The notes: generated by a model from the sequence alone, not told the origin. A stretch of DNA of 61,874 bases, filler included, from Diploschistes diacapsis (GCA_023645945.1; 13 parts of 13 records of this genome joined end to end with filler, not necessarily neighbours in it); one strand, 5' to 3'; numbered from the whole stretch's first letter, positions 46,852-60,637 are shown. A program made the numbers and translations.

Positions 46852-46951
46852 NNNNNNNNNNNNNNNNNNNNNNNNNNNNNNNNNNNNNNNNNNNNTTAAT
46901 TAATTAANNNNNNNNNNNNNNNNNNNNNNNNNNNNNNNNNNNNNNNNNNNN

Positions 46952-47021
46952 CTTCTAAACGAGACCAAACCCATCTTGATCTATACCTTGTGTCTATCTT
47001 GTAGAGATAGAGATCATAATA
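46952..47021 (+). mobile_element. 3' end of Gypsy-family LTR
   Basis: ...CTTGTAGAGATAGAGATCATAATA (RIPed AACA end). Confidence 0.75.
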
Positions 47022-47406
47022 AGGAAAAACCGAAATTTATATAAATCATATAAACTTATTAAAGTTCACGACGATAAAGAAACTTAACCTAAAACAGTTT
47101 CGATAATTAAAAATTCTCGAACGATACCGTTTCACGATCAGAAAGATCGCAAATAAAGCAAACGAACGAACTAACGCGTTAAACAAACGGCCAGACTATA
47201 TAACAAAAGAATCACGTCAAGTTAGACTACTAAAGATCAATAATAATAAGTAACGACTAATAATTTATTATTCGAGAAAGATATTACTAATAAAAATTAA
47301 TTACGATATAAACGATTAAGAATTACTCGCCATAATCGCTGTTTTAGACGAATGGCATATTTATATTTACGAAACAAAGGAAACCGAAATCTATATAGAC
47401 TATATA

Positions 47407-48682
47407 CAGTCACGTGCCAAAAGTAGTTAGGTATCAAATAAACAAATACCACCTACCAACTTTATTGAGCCATTGCGCACTTAATAAAGCTTCAATAAAT
47501 ACGCAAAGTAAATCATTTTAAAACTCTTAAATAATAGATTATATTAATATTTAATTTGCCATCCTTGCGCGTCGATACAAGCCTCTATTCGCTTCGGCAT
47601 AGAATACATTAATCTAACAAGTAAATCCCACTCCCTATCCCCCAGAAACATCCCAAAAACGTCTCGAATTACTACTTTCAAAACCTCTATCTTCTTCTCC
47701 TTACCCCCGTGCATAATTTTAAGCTCTGGATAAAGCTTTAAAACCTCCTCTTTAAACGTAGGCCATAAATGCTCGATAAGGTTCAGATCCGGGTTATAAA
47801 GGAAATAATCGAGCGTTTAAACGCCTAATTCTTCCAAAAATACTTTAACACTATTAACTGTATATATAGGGGCATTATCTTGCAAAAAAGCTTGTCTAGG
47901 TTCGTAAATTTGGGGCATAATATCACGTAAAAGTCGACAATATGCTTCGACGGTAGCTATTCGTTTATTTATATAATATTCGTCGAAGAAACACCACATA
48001 ACGCGCCCGTCTACCTTCATAAAAGCGACTATTATAATACTCTCCTTATTCTTAAATTTAATAACGATATGCTCGTGCAGCCATTACTTCCCGGAATGCT
48101 TCCAAACCCATTATCGCATCTTACCGCTATTAATCTATATTGAGCATTCATCTGCCTATCAAATATTGGCCCAATCCTCGGCACGCCAGCTCCTATATAC
48201 TTTAAAATACCTTAGGCGTTTTATAACATCTTTAAAGTCCAAATAAGGGCGCCAACGCTTTCGATATTTTTTAAAAAATGGATCGATTTCGGCGAATCTT
48301 CGGCGGATAGTATTTCTATTAGCAAGCGTTATTTCGATTAATTCGTGCTATTGTGTGTCTGGCTATCTCCTAGCGCGTCGATAGAACCTATTTTCTTAAT
48401 TTTCGGTAATAGTTCGGGGTCGTCCTGAGCGATCGAGATTATATTACTTATTATCGCGCTTTAAAGCTTTCTTTTTGGTATATTAGGCTATAAAATAGGG
48501 AATATTAAGCTTTTAGGCAACATTTTTGAAAATATTACCATTATAGAAGGCGCCGAGGAGCTCCGAACGCTCGAAGAACTTCAAACGGCGTTGTGGTGGC
48601 ATAATTAGAAGAATAATAGCAAAAGTTGAATGTTTATTTACTACCGCTTATGGTGGACCTAACTACTTTTGGCCTAGTACTG
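47407..48682 (-). mobile_element. Full-length 1276-bp Tc1/impala-like transposon, RIP-inactivated
   Basis: TIRs CAGTCACGTGCCAAAAGTAGTTAGGT / ACCTAACTACTTTTGGCCTAGTACTG with TA on both sides. Relic ADECSI, FLQDNAPIYT, PDLNLIEHLW. Confidence 0.9.
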
Positions 48683-48928
48683 TAGGTGCGCAGCTGTGGT
48701 AGCGGGGGATCTATGACCCTGTAGGTCACAAATATACATATACATATATATATATGTCAATGCCCCCCTGGTTGAGCTGCGGAGGTGGACTGGTAGCCCC
48801 TGGCATGCAATGCATATGCACTACTTCTCCCACCACCACTAAGATATGGGATGGGGCACACCACGTGTATACAATTCTTTTCTTTAAAAAAAAAAAAAGT
48901 GTTGATGGAAGAGCCCGGCAGGTCCTTT

Positions 48929-48963
48929 GCCCTTGCCTTGCCTTGCCTTGCCTTGCCTTGCCT
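48929..48963. repeat. (GCCTT)n microsatellite
   Basis: About seven tandem pentamers. Confidence 0.9.
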
Positions 48964-49035
48964 AGCGAGCCATCGGGCCCAGGGGGGGGGGAAACAGGTA
49001 GAAGGGCCCCCCTGTGGGCTTAGATAGGATGTACA

Positions 49036-49499
49036 TGTTACGATCCAGGTATCTAACCTGTCACGTCCCAGCCACTCACTTAGGAACTTCGCGTGGGCAC
49101 TAGTCACGTGAGTTGTTGGAGCGAGCGGCGCCGCTTTATGTGTTCTTTGAGAGCAATGGGCAGCGCTCCTTCTGTTTTATGGAAGCCATCGCTGCCGCTG
49201 TTTTCGCTCCGTAGGAGCTGGGGGAGTAGATACTGATGCTCCATCGAGAATTATTATATATAGCTTTTTTATTAGGACTGCTTATGTCCTGATATATTTA
49301 TTTTTATAAATATTTTTAGTTAAAGTTCGGGACCAATTTATATTCGTTATCTTCCATCATCAGAACCTTCTTTTAGAGATCGGTCCTAGACCTATCACTG
49401 TTCTACCTTCTTCTCCTGCCTTTACTCCTCTTCTATACGAGACCAAACCTACCTCGATCAATACCTCGTGTCTACCTTGTAGAGATAGAGATCATAACT
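49036..49499 (+). mobile_element. Solo LTR (464 bp) with 5-bp target-site duplication GTACA
   Basis: GTACA|TGTTACGATCC...GATCATAACT|GTACA. Confidence 0.9.
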
Positions 49500-49964
49500 G
49501 TACAGGGCATTTCACGAAGATGGAAGATGAGGTCGACCACGGCATAGCCCATGTAACGTATATACAAATCGCAGCGCTGGATGAATGCCAATCCATACCT
49601 GTCCCGCGAAACGGAATGGAGCAGAACGGTACTCGCGCAGGCCGCGCGGCCTATGTTATATATATCCCTACAGCCGCAGCCGCAGCCGCAGCCGCGGCGT
49701 TTCGCCTCTGCTGTTTTCAGTCGCCGTCCGCTTTTTTATCACAATTTTTTTCCTTCCCGTTCCTTCTTTTTTTTTTTTAAAGTTCCTCACCCTAACTCCT
49801 CCTATCTTTCCTCACCCCCATCCATTACCGTCCTCCTTCCACCCCGATCTCTCTAATCCTCAATNNNNNNNNNNNNNNNNNNNNNNNNNNNNNNNNNNNN
49901 NNNNNNNNTTAATTAATTAANNNNNNNNNNNNNNNNNNNNNNNNNNNNNNNNNNNNNNNNNNNN

Positions 49965-50033
49965 TATTATAACTAAAAATGTTAAAACACGGATACTACC
50001 ACGGCCGTGTCAGTGTCCGTGACGGCCAGCCTA
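49965..50033. mobile_element. Opposite end of the hAT-like TAGGCTGGCCGT element
   Basis: ...ACACGGATAC...GTGTCCGTGACGGCCAGCCTA. Confidence 0.75.
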
Positions 50034-51059
50034 GTTAAATATACGTAATAATAGAATTATCCGACCCTATAAGAAGCTAAATAATAAATAAAACGGCCCT
50101 TATAACGTACTACGAAACTTAAGCGACGTCGATTATGAATTAGATTTATTAACGTCGATAAAATAATTTAAAACATTTTATTCGTTCTTACTTTTAAAAG
50201 ACCCGCAAAATCCATTAAAAGGATAAACGTATTTTAAATTACTTTCGGTAAAGACGAAGATCGGATAAGAATAGAAGCTCGAGAACATTTTCGACGCCAG
50301 GCGTGGCCCCGATCGACGACTAAACGTCCAATATAAAGTACGTTAAATAAGATAATTACCCGACGACAACTAATATTCCATCGTTAACTTCGAAAATGCT
50401 TTCGATATCTTACGGGAATTTTATTAACTAAATCCCGAAAAGATAAGATCCTTATAGTTCATAACGCCTGAGGATAGACAGCCCATGTTAATAAAAAATA
50501 TAAACGAGGGCGAGTCCTTAGAATAAGGCGGTATCGATTATCACGACGACCACGCTCTCTTATAAAATCTAAGAACATATTCAATTAAAAACGTCGCTGA
50601 AAAGGGTTTAGAAAGAAAAAAACGTTAATCACGAAAAAATAACGAATATCTTTTTAAGTAAATATAATAACAAGAAGGAAATCGAGATATAGATTATTTA
50701 AAAAGAATATAACGTTTATAAAAGATGTAAGTATTTAAAGAAAAGGATAATAAAATAACTTAATTTAAATACCTATTAAGCTATATTAGGGTCATATGAC
50801 CACAATAGGATCATATGACAGGTATCAGCCCGTGCCAAGGATGTTAAGGGGTGGTTGTGTAGGCGGGTAGGACCCGAAACCCCATAAGGCTGGCACTTAC
50901 ATACTATTTATTTCTGTTACCCTCCTATTTAGATAGTTTCTTTTCTAGCTTTTCGAATCGAGACCTTTTACCTGTAGATATCTAGCTATACGTAATCCTT
51001 CCGGATCAGGCCCAGCCCTCGGTAGTGTAGTATTCCATTCCTGCGCTGGCGTTTCAAAA

Positions 51060-52400
51060 AGTATTTATTCGCGTAATATCCCTTTTTGTGGTACGTATAG
51101 CAGGATATATCTACGGGGTTATTATAAAGTATTAGGCATTAAGTTTTTGCCCCCTTTCGACTATCAAAAAATTTATCTACTTTTTGAACGCACATAACTT
51201 TATTAATATTAAAGATAATTAAATAATTTTTAATGTATTAGAAAGCTAGATATCTATAGTTTTTTTAATGTTTAGTAGTCTTTCCTTTTGCTATTCTATA
51301 AGCATCCAGCCGCCGCGGTATTGAATCGATTAATCGCCGGGGTAAATCGAAAGAATTATTATTTAAAATATTTCTAAAAGTATTCTTAATCGTTATTTTT
51401 AATGTTGTTTTGATCTTTTTTATATATTTTATCATTATTTTAAGCTTAGGATAAAGCTCGTAAATTACCCGTTTTAGCCTTTATTAAAAATGTTCGATGT
51501 AATTAAGGTCAGGACTGCGAGGAGGATAAGGTAAGTACTATACCCCGTATTCTTTTAAAAGTTGAATAGTTTCGCGCGTAGTATGCATTTTTGCATTATC
51601 TTGAATAAAAGTTTGTCCCGATTCGTAGAATTGTGGTAAAAAATCGCGTAATAAACGGCGATATCTAGTTCCCGTAAGATATTTATCTTTTAAATAATAT
51701 TCGTCGTAAAAGTATAAAAATATTCGATTATCGTGATGTATAACAGTCCATATTATCGTCGTATAGCTAGTATTGGCCGTTTTGACGATATATTATAATA
51801 AATATTGGTTTTTCGTATATCTTTAAACCCAAGGACGCTATTTTTTATTTCTTATACGAATTAAATATTCGTTTGTAAATCAAGTCTGTTTTTATTGTTC
51901 TTTAAGTAATTTATAATATTAGAAATTATATTGATAACGTTTGAGACGATTTATTTCGTTGATATACGATCGTTAACGCGTTAAATATTATTTAAAATCT
52001 GGATCGATTTCGGCCAGTCTTTTTTATATTGTTTTTCGCGAACGCCGATTAAATTGGTAATTTTTTTCTATTGAAAGAAAGGTTGGATCTTAAGATACTT
52101 ATATCGGCGATCGATTTGGTCGTTAGTAATCTCGCGTGATCGATTTAGGCGGTTTTGATGGATCTATTTAAAAAGGCGACGATTGTGTATTCCTTACATA
52201 GATCGTGTAGTTTAGTGATTAATACTTGATATTTCTGCCGCTTTTAATCGGAATGCTATTTATAATTATTTTAATTAATTCGTTGCGTTAATAGAGTTTT
52301 ATTTCGTTCCTTAGGCCCATTTATGGCGTGTTGAGGTTGAATGGTGGTGGTTTAGTTTTTTAAAATTTTGGGTGGGGGTAAAAACTTAGTGTTACTGTTT
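51060..52400 (-). mobile_element. RIP-degraded Tc1/mariner (DDE_3) transposase relic; boundaries approximate; preceded by a probable LTR at ~50770-51056
   Basis: Minus strand reads FIQDNAKMHT and YPPRSPDLNYIEH. Confidence 0.7.
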
Positions 52401-52674
52401 TTACGTGCTAAAATTTTGTTCGGAATTTATATTTCGATCGCGATAACTTTTTTCTCTTAAATGATAGGAAAGTCTTCTTCATCTTAAGCGTCGCGTATTT
52501 CCTCGATTTTTATTAGAGGGGTTATTCTTGTGGCGAATTAAAGATTGTTTCGTTCTTTTTCTTATATTTTTAAACGGATCGCAAGTGATATTAATATGTC
52601 GAAATTATTAGGATTATAGGAGGTCTTTATAAGTTCATGCTAAATTTTTGGATGAAATTTAGTTATAAATATTA

Positions 52675-52873
52675 ACGTGTTTGACGGTGAGTCCGGCCAC
52701 CCCCAGAGGCCGGCCACCTCAAATCACTACCGTCAACATTCTACGGTTTTTAGATATAATTTATTCGTCGTAATTAGAATCTAATCGATCTAAATCGAAT
52801 CTATTTTTTTTTATCTTTCTCGATTTCAGAAATACGACGACGTTTTTTGCGCGTTATAGATCGTTTCGAAACT
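52675..52873. mobile_element. Fot1-like element end (ACGTGTTTGACGG family)
   Basis: TA|ACGTGTTTGACGGTGAGTCCGGCCACCCCCAGAG. Confidence 0.8.
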
Positions 52874-52973
52874 NNNNNNNNNNNNNNNNNNNNNNNNNNN
52901 NNNNNNNNNNNNNNNNNTTAATTAATTAANNNNNNNNNNNNNNNNNNNNNNNNNNNNNNNNNNNNNNNNNNNN

Positions 52974-54135
52974 CCTCCCCCCCGGCCGCCCTTGCCGGAG
53001 GAGGAGGCCTCGTGACGATCCTCCGCCACGCATCCTCCTCGAAGGCGCGCGCGCCGCCGTCGAACACGACGTTCGGCCGGAACCGCACGACGCTCAGCCG
53101 CTCCGCGCCGTCGCGCTGCATCGCGGACAGCGCGCGCACCGACGCCGCGCCCAGGATGTTGACCGGGTACGCGTCCGCGAACCCGACGACGGGCTGCCAG
53201 CCCAGCTCCTCCTTCCGCGGCGCGCACCGGTGCACTTCCCGCTCGCCGCCGCCGTGCGGCAGGATGCGGAAGAGCGTCAGGTCCCCGGCGGGGAAGCCGA
53301 GGTAGAGCGCCAGCTCCGGGGGCAGGTGCGAGCCCATGTTTAGGGACAGGGGGGTGTCCTTCCAGATGTGGAACTTCTCGGTCGGGTAGCCGGCCTGCTC
53401 GATTTGGGACGGGGAAGGGGAGAGGGGGATGAGGGCCGACTTTGTTGGGGCGGTGGCGCCGGCGCCCAGAAGGCGGCTGAGGGAGCGCCGGAGGAGGCCG
53501 GAGATGCCGCGGCAGGGGTGCGGGAAGGTGAGGATTATGGCGCCGCCGGAGAGGACGGAGGGAGAGGTGGGGGAGTAGAGAGAGGTTTGTGGGGAAGGGA
53601 TCCAGAGCTCCGTGGTGATTTGGGAGAGCAGTGCGTTCTGGCGCTGGGTTAGGAAGCGCCATTCCGGTTCCGGCGGGGAGGCCGAGGGCGAGGAGCGTTT
53701 GGGGCGGTGGAGGTAGGCGAGGGAGAAGACGCGGTCGTACTGTGGGCCCGTGGCGAGGATGCGGGTGGAGGCCAGCTCGATGCCGCGGCAGGACTTGACG
53801 GGGTAGATCCAGAGGGACTTCACGCGGAAGGGGCCGTTGTTTGGGGCGGAGGTGGGGGAGGGGCTGTCGGTCGGCTGGGCTTCGTGCTCGTCTGACAGGT
53901 TGGTGCCCTTTTTGAGACCAATCTTTTTGCAGCCTGTGGGGGCGGGAATGTTGTCGTCCCAGGAGGTGGGTACCAGAATCACGATGAGGGCGGAGACGAG
54001 GATGAGGAGAGGGGCGATGGCGAAGGCCCAAAAGGTAGCGAGGCGTAGCGAGGCGCGGGGCACGCCGAGGATGGAGCCGGTGCTGGGGTCGAGGAGGTTG
54101 CCAAGATTGGAGAGGAGATCCGAGAGATAGTCCAT
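52974..54135 (-). CDS. MOSC-domain (mARC-like) protein with N-terminal TM, 3'-truncated
   Basis: LWIYPVKSCRGIEL, YDRVF, FLTQR, FADAYPVNIL, RFRPNVV..G..AFEEDAW. Likely start MDYLSDL. Confidence 0.88.
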
Positions 54136-56772
54136 GGCTGCTTTCGCCAGACGCGAAGCGGGACAAAAGAAATAGCGATGCACACTCAAAGGTCGAGGAG
54201 AGAAAGCAAAGAAATTCTCTGCATACCTATATACATATTTCCTAGGACTCGACTTTGTTGAAAGTGTGTTCAAAGGTTCATGGCTCTTTGAGCAGAACAA
54301 GGGAATGGGACCCACAATAGGCCATTTTCGAGGCTTACCAGAAACGGAAGTGGCTGGCTACAAAAGGCAGTGGTCAAAAGGCACAATGATCGTCTGGTGC
54401 TTTATGGCTAAACAAGCATCCGATCCTCGGCAAAGTTCACCATGGTGTCGCTGTTAGGCCATAGCCGTTGAATAGATTTATAAATCCCTTACTAGATATT
54501 GGTGTCCGGCAAGTTCACTATCCTTTGCGAAGTTAGGCTGAAAAAACTCGGTGAGCTTGTTGGTTGTTGCAGCCCCTTTGTTGGGAATTGCATCCGTGGA
54601 TCACGTGACTCCACTTTCGGAGTCAGTTACTTATCTAGTTACTGTTTTTTTAGCGCCATTATTGCTTCGCTCATGAACCATCTAGTAATTTTGAATGCTG
54701 CTACTGACAGCATAAGGTAACCAGAGTACCCATATGAGACAGTTTACCCCTAGTAGTAGTACTTTAAGCAAGACTCTTTGGCCCCAACGAGAAACATAAT
54801 GCCGACCAATCTTGTCGGCTATGTTCGCCAAAACAGGAAATTCTGCTCGACCAACGTAACTGGGAGAGCGAAATCGCAATCATACAAAAGTTTTACACCG
54901 GTCTTTTTTCAAAGCTCGGTAACAAAGCAAGCAAATCTACCGGAAAGTGCTGGATGCTTTTGAAGATATCTCTTTTCGATGGTCCATATGGTGTTGTGAT
55001 TCTCATCGTAGAGCCCAATCCAAAAGAAAAAAGGGGCACCAGAGGTTTTACCTAACCCTAGATTTTAAAAAAGAACAGCCCGGTCGAACCCAAAAACCCT
55101 GCCTCTCAAGTGTCAGGGTCCCTGCTGCATGCAAGGGGGGAATTCAAAATAAAAAAAGAATCTACCCACTATGTTTTGACTCTTCTTGGAATACCCATCC
55201 AGTGCATCCAGCGCGTCTAGCGCATCCGGGTCAAGGTCGAAGTGCAGTCGACACCCATCAGATCACTTCAACCGCCGCTCACCTAACCATCAAGCGGGAT
55301 CGCAAGCAGCGATGATGAGGTTCGCATTCGCGAACTTCCCTGATTAGCCGGGAGGTGAGGTAAATAGTAATCCCGGCATCTGCTCGACGCTCAATAGCCT
55401 TTGAGCAGAGATGCTGGACCTGCTGGGAGGAGATGTGGAAAGTAGGAAACTGCTGTGCTATCGTTGACGTTGAGTGTGTCTCCGCAAACATGCCGTCCTC
55501 ATAAGGACAGGGGGTATGTTCTGGCCGGTATCGAGGTCTTGGTTGAGGACGGCGCTTTTGATCGCTCATCGAAGCTTGGTTGCTGCACGTTCTGCGTTTG
55601 TTGCGTCTATTCCGGATCTAATCGAGGTTCTGTACCTATGCAACCGATATTGGATAATCTTGCTCCTATTCCCGTCACCGTGAGGTTTCGAAAGAGACTG
55701 GCATTGCTGCGAGCATCTTGCCGTTCCATCTTCAACCTTGTCTTCTTGCAATTCGGTACCAGGGTACTCACTTTCCCAACGCTTTCATTCTTTGAAGCGA
55801 TAGGCAAGCGCGCCGTGCTATTCAGTTACCACTAATCTTCACTGTAAATGCAGATCTTGTCATCCCTCTATACACCNNNNNNNNNNNNNNNNNNNNNNNN
55901 NNNNNNNNNNNNNNNNNNNNTTAATTAATTAANNNNNNNNNNNNNNNNNNNNNNNNNNNNNNNNNNNNNNNNNNNNGGAGTGCTCAGTAGTGAGGGGGAG
56001 CGGGACAGCGGGGCGAGGAAAAGCTGCCCGAAGGAATGCAGTTGGGTGAAAGAGCGAAGTGAAGCACAGGAGAAAAAAGGTTTAAGTTGTATAAAGAGAT
56101 ATTTGGACCAATGACGATTGATGTGATGGTTGAATGGTGATTGGGGGAGAGAGGGAAGAAGTTTTGTCAGGGGATGATTTCTAGGGAAAGGGAAAGGAAG
56201 TTGGTAAGTGGAGGAAGGAGTCTAGTAGTACTAGGTTTGTAGATAGTAATAGTGAGAGAGAGAGAGTGAGAGAGTGAGAGGGAGAGAGAAAAAAGAAGAG
56301 ACAGCGTGCGTGTGAAATGCACGATTTACGATTTTGGATTAATGGGGCATGCAGGTGCAGTAGTTGGAGCTACTAGGTACCACTACTACTAAGTAATAGT
56401 AGTTGGTCAAGGCACCAACGGTTATTATGGATAGCTAAGTATTAAATACATCATGTATTCTACGATTATAATAATAATTATTGCTGCTTTTGTTCTCAGA
56501 TTAGGGTTTACAAGCTCGGTCTACAGGTAGACACCGTGATCCAAGAGCTTACCTCAGACCTATACCAACCAGCATTCTCGCACGACGCGTTGATGGGATG
56601 GGGACCAAGGGCGCAATCCACTCGTCATAGTAGTAGGTAGGGGTTAGGGGAAGGAAGCAAGTAGGCTTGCTGGCCGTGAGATGCGACATACATACACGTC
56701 ACGCTTCTTTGAACACAGAGGTGAAGGAATTGAACGAGTCAGCGGCTCAGTGCAGGTAGAGGCCCCGGGAAT

Positions 56773-56846
56773 AGTATAATATAGTATAATGGAGCATAAT
56801 GTAGTATAATATGATATGGCATAATATAGTATAATATAGTATAATA
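56773..56846. repeat. Degenerate (TATAA/TATAG)n pentamer tract; an (AG)n tract lies at ~56253-56290
   Basis: Seen directly. Confidence 0.8.
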
Positions 56847-58495
56847 TCGGATTAGTCATTCATTCATTCACTGACCGTGGTTTCAGCCATTTTCAGACTG
56901 ACCGCGTGACCCGACGCACTTTTTTTTTACTTTTTCCTTTTTACTTTTTCCTTTTTCCCTCGCTTCCCACACACTACACTGTTGTGTCTCGTGTCTCTGT
57001 CTCGTATTGCATATATATGCATGTGCGCTCATGCACGAGTTGATCTGCTGAGCTTCTTGTCTCTACCCCCTATTCCCTCCTATTCCCTCCTATTCCTCGC
57101 TGCCGAATCTTAGCTCTGTTGCCCCACCGGTGACGATGTTGTTCCCATGCAAAGTGGCCCTGTGTTATCGCTGTGATGCACACGCAGCATTGGATCACAA
57201 CTCAGCAATGCACAGATCACAGATGGATCTCAGGAACCAAGTGAAACGAGGTAATTCTCCCCTTGGCACTGGCTCCGACTTTGAGGCCTCGCTTCCTTGT
57301 TCAGCGCTGCTGCTCGCTGGCCTACAAAAAGTCCAAGGTCTGGTATCACAACCGCCGTTTCTGCTCGCCTTTAGCCTTCTGAGTTACATGTCTCACTTGA
57401 AGGGGAGCGGGCGGTTCTTGCCAACACTCTTGTTTCTCTGCTAGCCTCCTACACCAGAGGATCAACCGATATCCAACTTTGCAGGCTATGCAGCTCCGTC
57501 TGGTATCAAATAGACTTGTATGGTCAGTCTTTTCACTATGACATACCGTCGTGCTGTACGCTGCACTTTGCCCTCTTTCTCCCGTAACATGGTAGACGCG
57601 CTCCCTTGCACCTCTACATCTCATTGGTTGTGTTCCGAGTAAGGCTTGTAAAAAAACCGGCCGTCTTGTAGTCAGCAGGAACCGTGCGGCCGCAGGGGGG
57701 CTGCTGCTAAGGCATGAAACCGGCCACTTCTTGGGCTCGTGGACATGCGATGCATCCTGTTCCCCACCCCGGCTGGTCTAGAATGCGTGGGTCGTTTTGT
57801 CATTGGGGATTTCAGCTCTTTGCTCGGTAATAGGATCCTTGGAGAGATGCGCCCCAAATATTGCACCTTCCCCAGCCAAAAGGCATGATGACATGGGGGC
57901 ATCCCCTAGCTGTTGCAGCTGCGGTACTATGCCCAGGTAGTGTTATTGCTGCGTCCAAACTATTCTGCCACTGGCTCAAGGTCCAACAATCTATAAATCC
58001 CATTAAAGGGCGGGCTCGGGATCCGATAAACGCAACGGGGCTTGTTGGAGTCAAGAGTTCTCATTGGTCGGCAGCAATGCCCAGCCCTTCAACCACGTAC
58101 TTATGTTACTGTACAGACATCCATCTACGCAAAACCAGACGCCCTCTGCATGCATCCAGCTGGAGGAAGGCATATTCCCCGCCATTCCACGTGGACAGCT
58201 TCTGCGCGAGCTCCCGTGACGTCTTCCGAACTTCCAAAAATGCGCAGTTCTTTCTCCTGCTCTTTTTTTCTTCCACTCAAACCAAGCCCAAGCTGGCAGT
58301 GACCACCATGGCGGAAGAGTCGGTGCCACGCACGAGAACTTCCAGAACGGCTTCATAGTAGCGTAGTGGGACAGAAAACCCCTATGAAACAAGAAAAACG
58401 GCGAATGTGTACAAGGCAGGTTTAGACGTATCCCCCACCCCCCCTCAGCAGCGACGAACGAGGCAGGCGTGCGCCAACATGTTCGAGCGCACCGT

Positions 58496-58875
58496 CTAAT
58501 AGGGAGGCGGCGGGAGGTTGGAGCTCATCGCCCTTTCCTGCTGCTCCATGACCTCCTCGTTGGGGAGCTCGATGGAGACGCCGACGCCGACCTTGGCTTG
58601 TTGCTGTTGGAAGGAAGCAGTTAGTTAATCGTCGGGAATGCGGAACGGTCGTAATAGCGGGGATCGGGGGAGCCTACCTTGAGCTGGTCCAGCTCGCCCG
58701 CGAAATTGACCAGGATGGCCTGCAGCAGCCTCTTCTCCATCAGCACGCTCAGCTTGCCCGTACTATCCGCCTGCGCCCTCAAGCTCGCCGCTCGGAAATC
58801 GTACTTGGCCCCCACCGTGGCCACGGCCTCCCTCTGCATCCTGCCGCCCATCAACCCACCACCACCTCCTCCTCC
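58496..58875 (-). CDS. TOM40: Mitochondrial outer membrane translocase Tom40, last two exons
   Basis: REAVATVGAKYDFRAASLRAQADSTGKLSVLMEKRL, FAGELDQLK|QQAKVGVGVSIE, ends PPY. Confidence 0.92.
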
Positions 58876-58975
58876 NNNNNNNNNNNNNNNNNNNNNNNNN
58901 NNNNNNNNNNNNNNNNNNNTTAATTAATTAANNNNNNNNNNNNNNNNNNNNNNNNNNNNNNNNNNNNNNNNNNNN

Positions 58976-60637
58976 GAATATGGATAATTAGGTTGAATTA
59001 TTATTAAACGCCGAATACTATCTTAATAACAGATACAAAGAAGTTAAGAAGATTTAAAATACGTAATCATTTAATAACGAGATATTAAGAGATGTTAAAA
59101 GATATACGATCTTAAGAAAGAATCTTTAATTAAAAAAAAAAGATAAGATTTATTTATATACGGATAATTTTAAGATATATAAACTTTTTAAGAAACTCGA
59201 TCATGTTAAAATCGGACTTTTTTTTATCGATAAACAACTCGTTATACCGGACGAAGCTAAACGAATCAATTATCGATTTAAGTTATTAAAAGACGCGAAA
59301 GTTTATTTAATGTTTTATTCACGATACTTCGAATTAGCATATTTAGACATATCGTTGTAAGAAACCTTTTATTTCGAAATAGATAACGAAAACGAATACG
59401 AAATCGAGAAGATTTTAGATAATGGTTTTAACGGATTCTTTATTAAGTGGAAAGGATACCCGTCAGAATAGAACACGTGGGAACACTTAGATAACCTAAG
59501 TAACTGTAGGAACAAGATAAGAGAATACCGCAGACTTACTTAATCTGAAGGGATAGGAACCTTATTCCTTAAAGATTAATTTAATTAAACCGGCGATATC
59601 GTAGTTAGTTTTAACAATTTTGGACCGAATTTCGAAGGTACGCCTTCTTAGGCGTTCGCGTACGTCTCGGACGATTCTAAGTTTAGTTTTTTCGTTAAAC
59701 ATTTCGCTTACGCGTCCGCACGATCTTTCGTTAATTTAAGAACCTTTCGGTTACGGCGAATGCGACGTTTGCGTTAAAAACGACGATCTTTAATTTCACG
59801 AAGTTGCTTTTCCAGCTCTTCCTTTTACTTATCATTCTCGTTAATAAGCTTTTTATCTTTCTCGATTTCACCTTTCTTCGAAAGGATGGTCCGTTTAATT
59901 ACCTTCCATATAATAGAAACGCAATTCTTCTTATTAGACTCAATATAGCGAGCATATTTTACCGAGATAGAAGGTATTCTGATACAGTCGTGAAAGAATA
60001 AGTAATAATTATAAAATAGTGTGTCTAGGAAACCTTGAAGACGAATGATAGAGTCTAGACGTTTCTTTTATATCGAAAATAAAGAAGATATCGCTGTCCT
60101 ACGACTTGGGATTTTCTTTTATTTAATACTTATGCTAATTCTTCGGTGTTTGTCAGGCCGATAAGATTGAAGGAAAGGGATAATATTACGATCCAAAATA
60201 CTGTTCGGTAGTACTTGGCACGCAATAGCTAGTCGGGTACTTTTTAACCATTCTTTATATATAATCCAATTAGGGTGACACGGGTCACGTGATGAGTAAA
60301 AAATCTTAGAAACTATTCTACCCAGTCGTGGGTAGAAAGGAAAAACGGTAATTTTGCTCATCTACTTATCTATTCTGTTAAAAAAGCTATTAGTTATATA
60401 AGAACGTCGCTATGGCCTTTATAAATCCAGAACGTGTTCATTTTTATAAATATCTTAAATTATTATTCGGGATCAATTTATATTCGTTATTTCTATTATC
60501 TTAAAGCCTTCTTTCTAGAAATAGTCTAAGACCTATAACTGCTCTATCTTCTTCTCCTGCCACACTCCTCTTCTAACAGAGACCAAACCCACCTTGATCC
60601 TACTCGTGTATACCTTGTATAGATAGAGATCATAACA
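58976..60637 (+). mobile_element. Second RIP-degraded copy of the chromovirus 3' half, 3' LTR 60184-60637
   Basis: Colinear with 44157-45814. IKWKGYPSE.NTWE chromodomain. PPT GAAGGAAAGGGA. Differences are mostly transitions. Confidence 0.9.
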
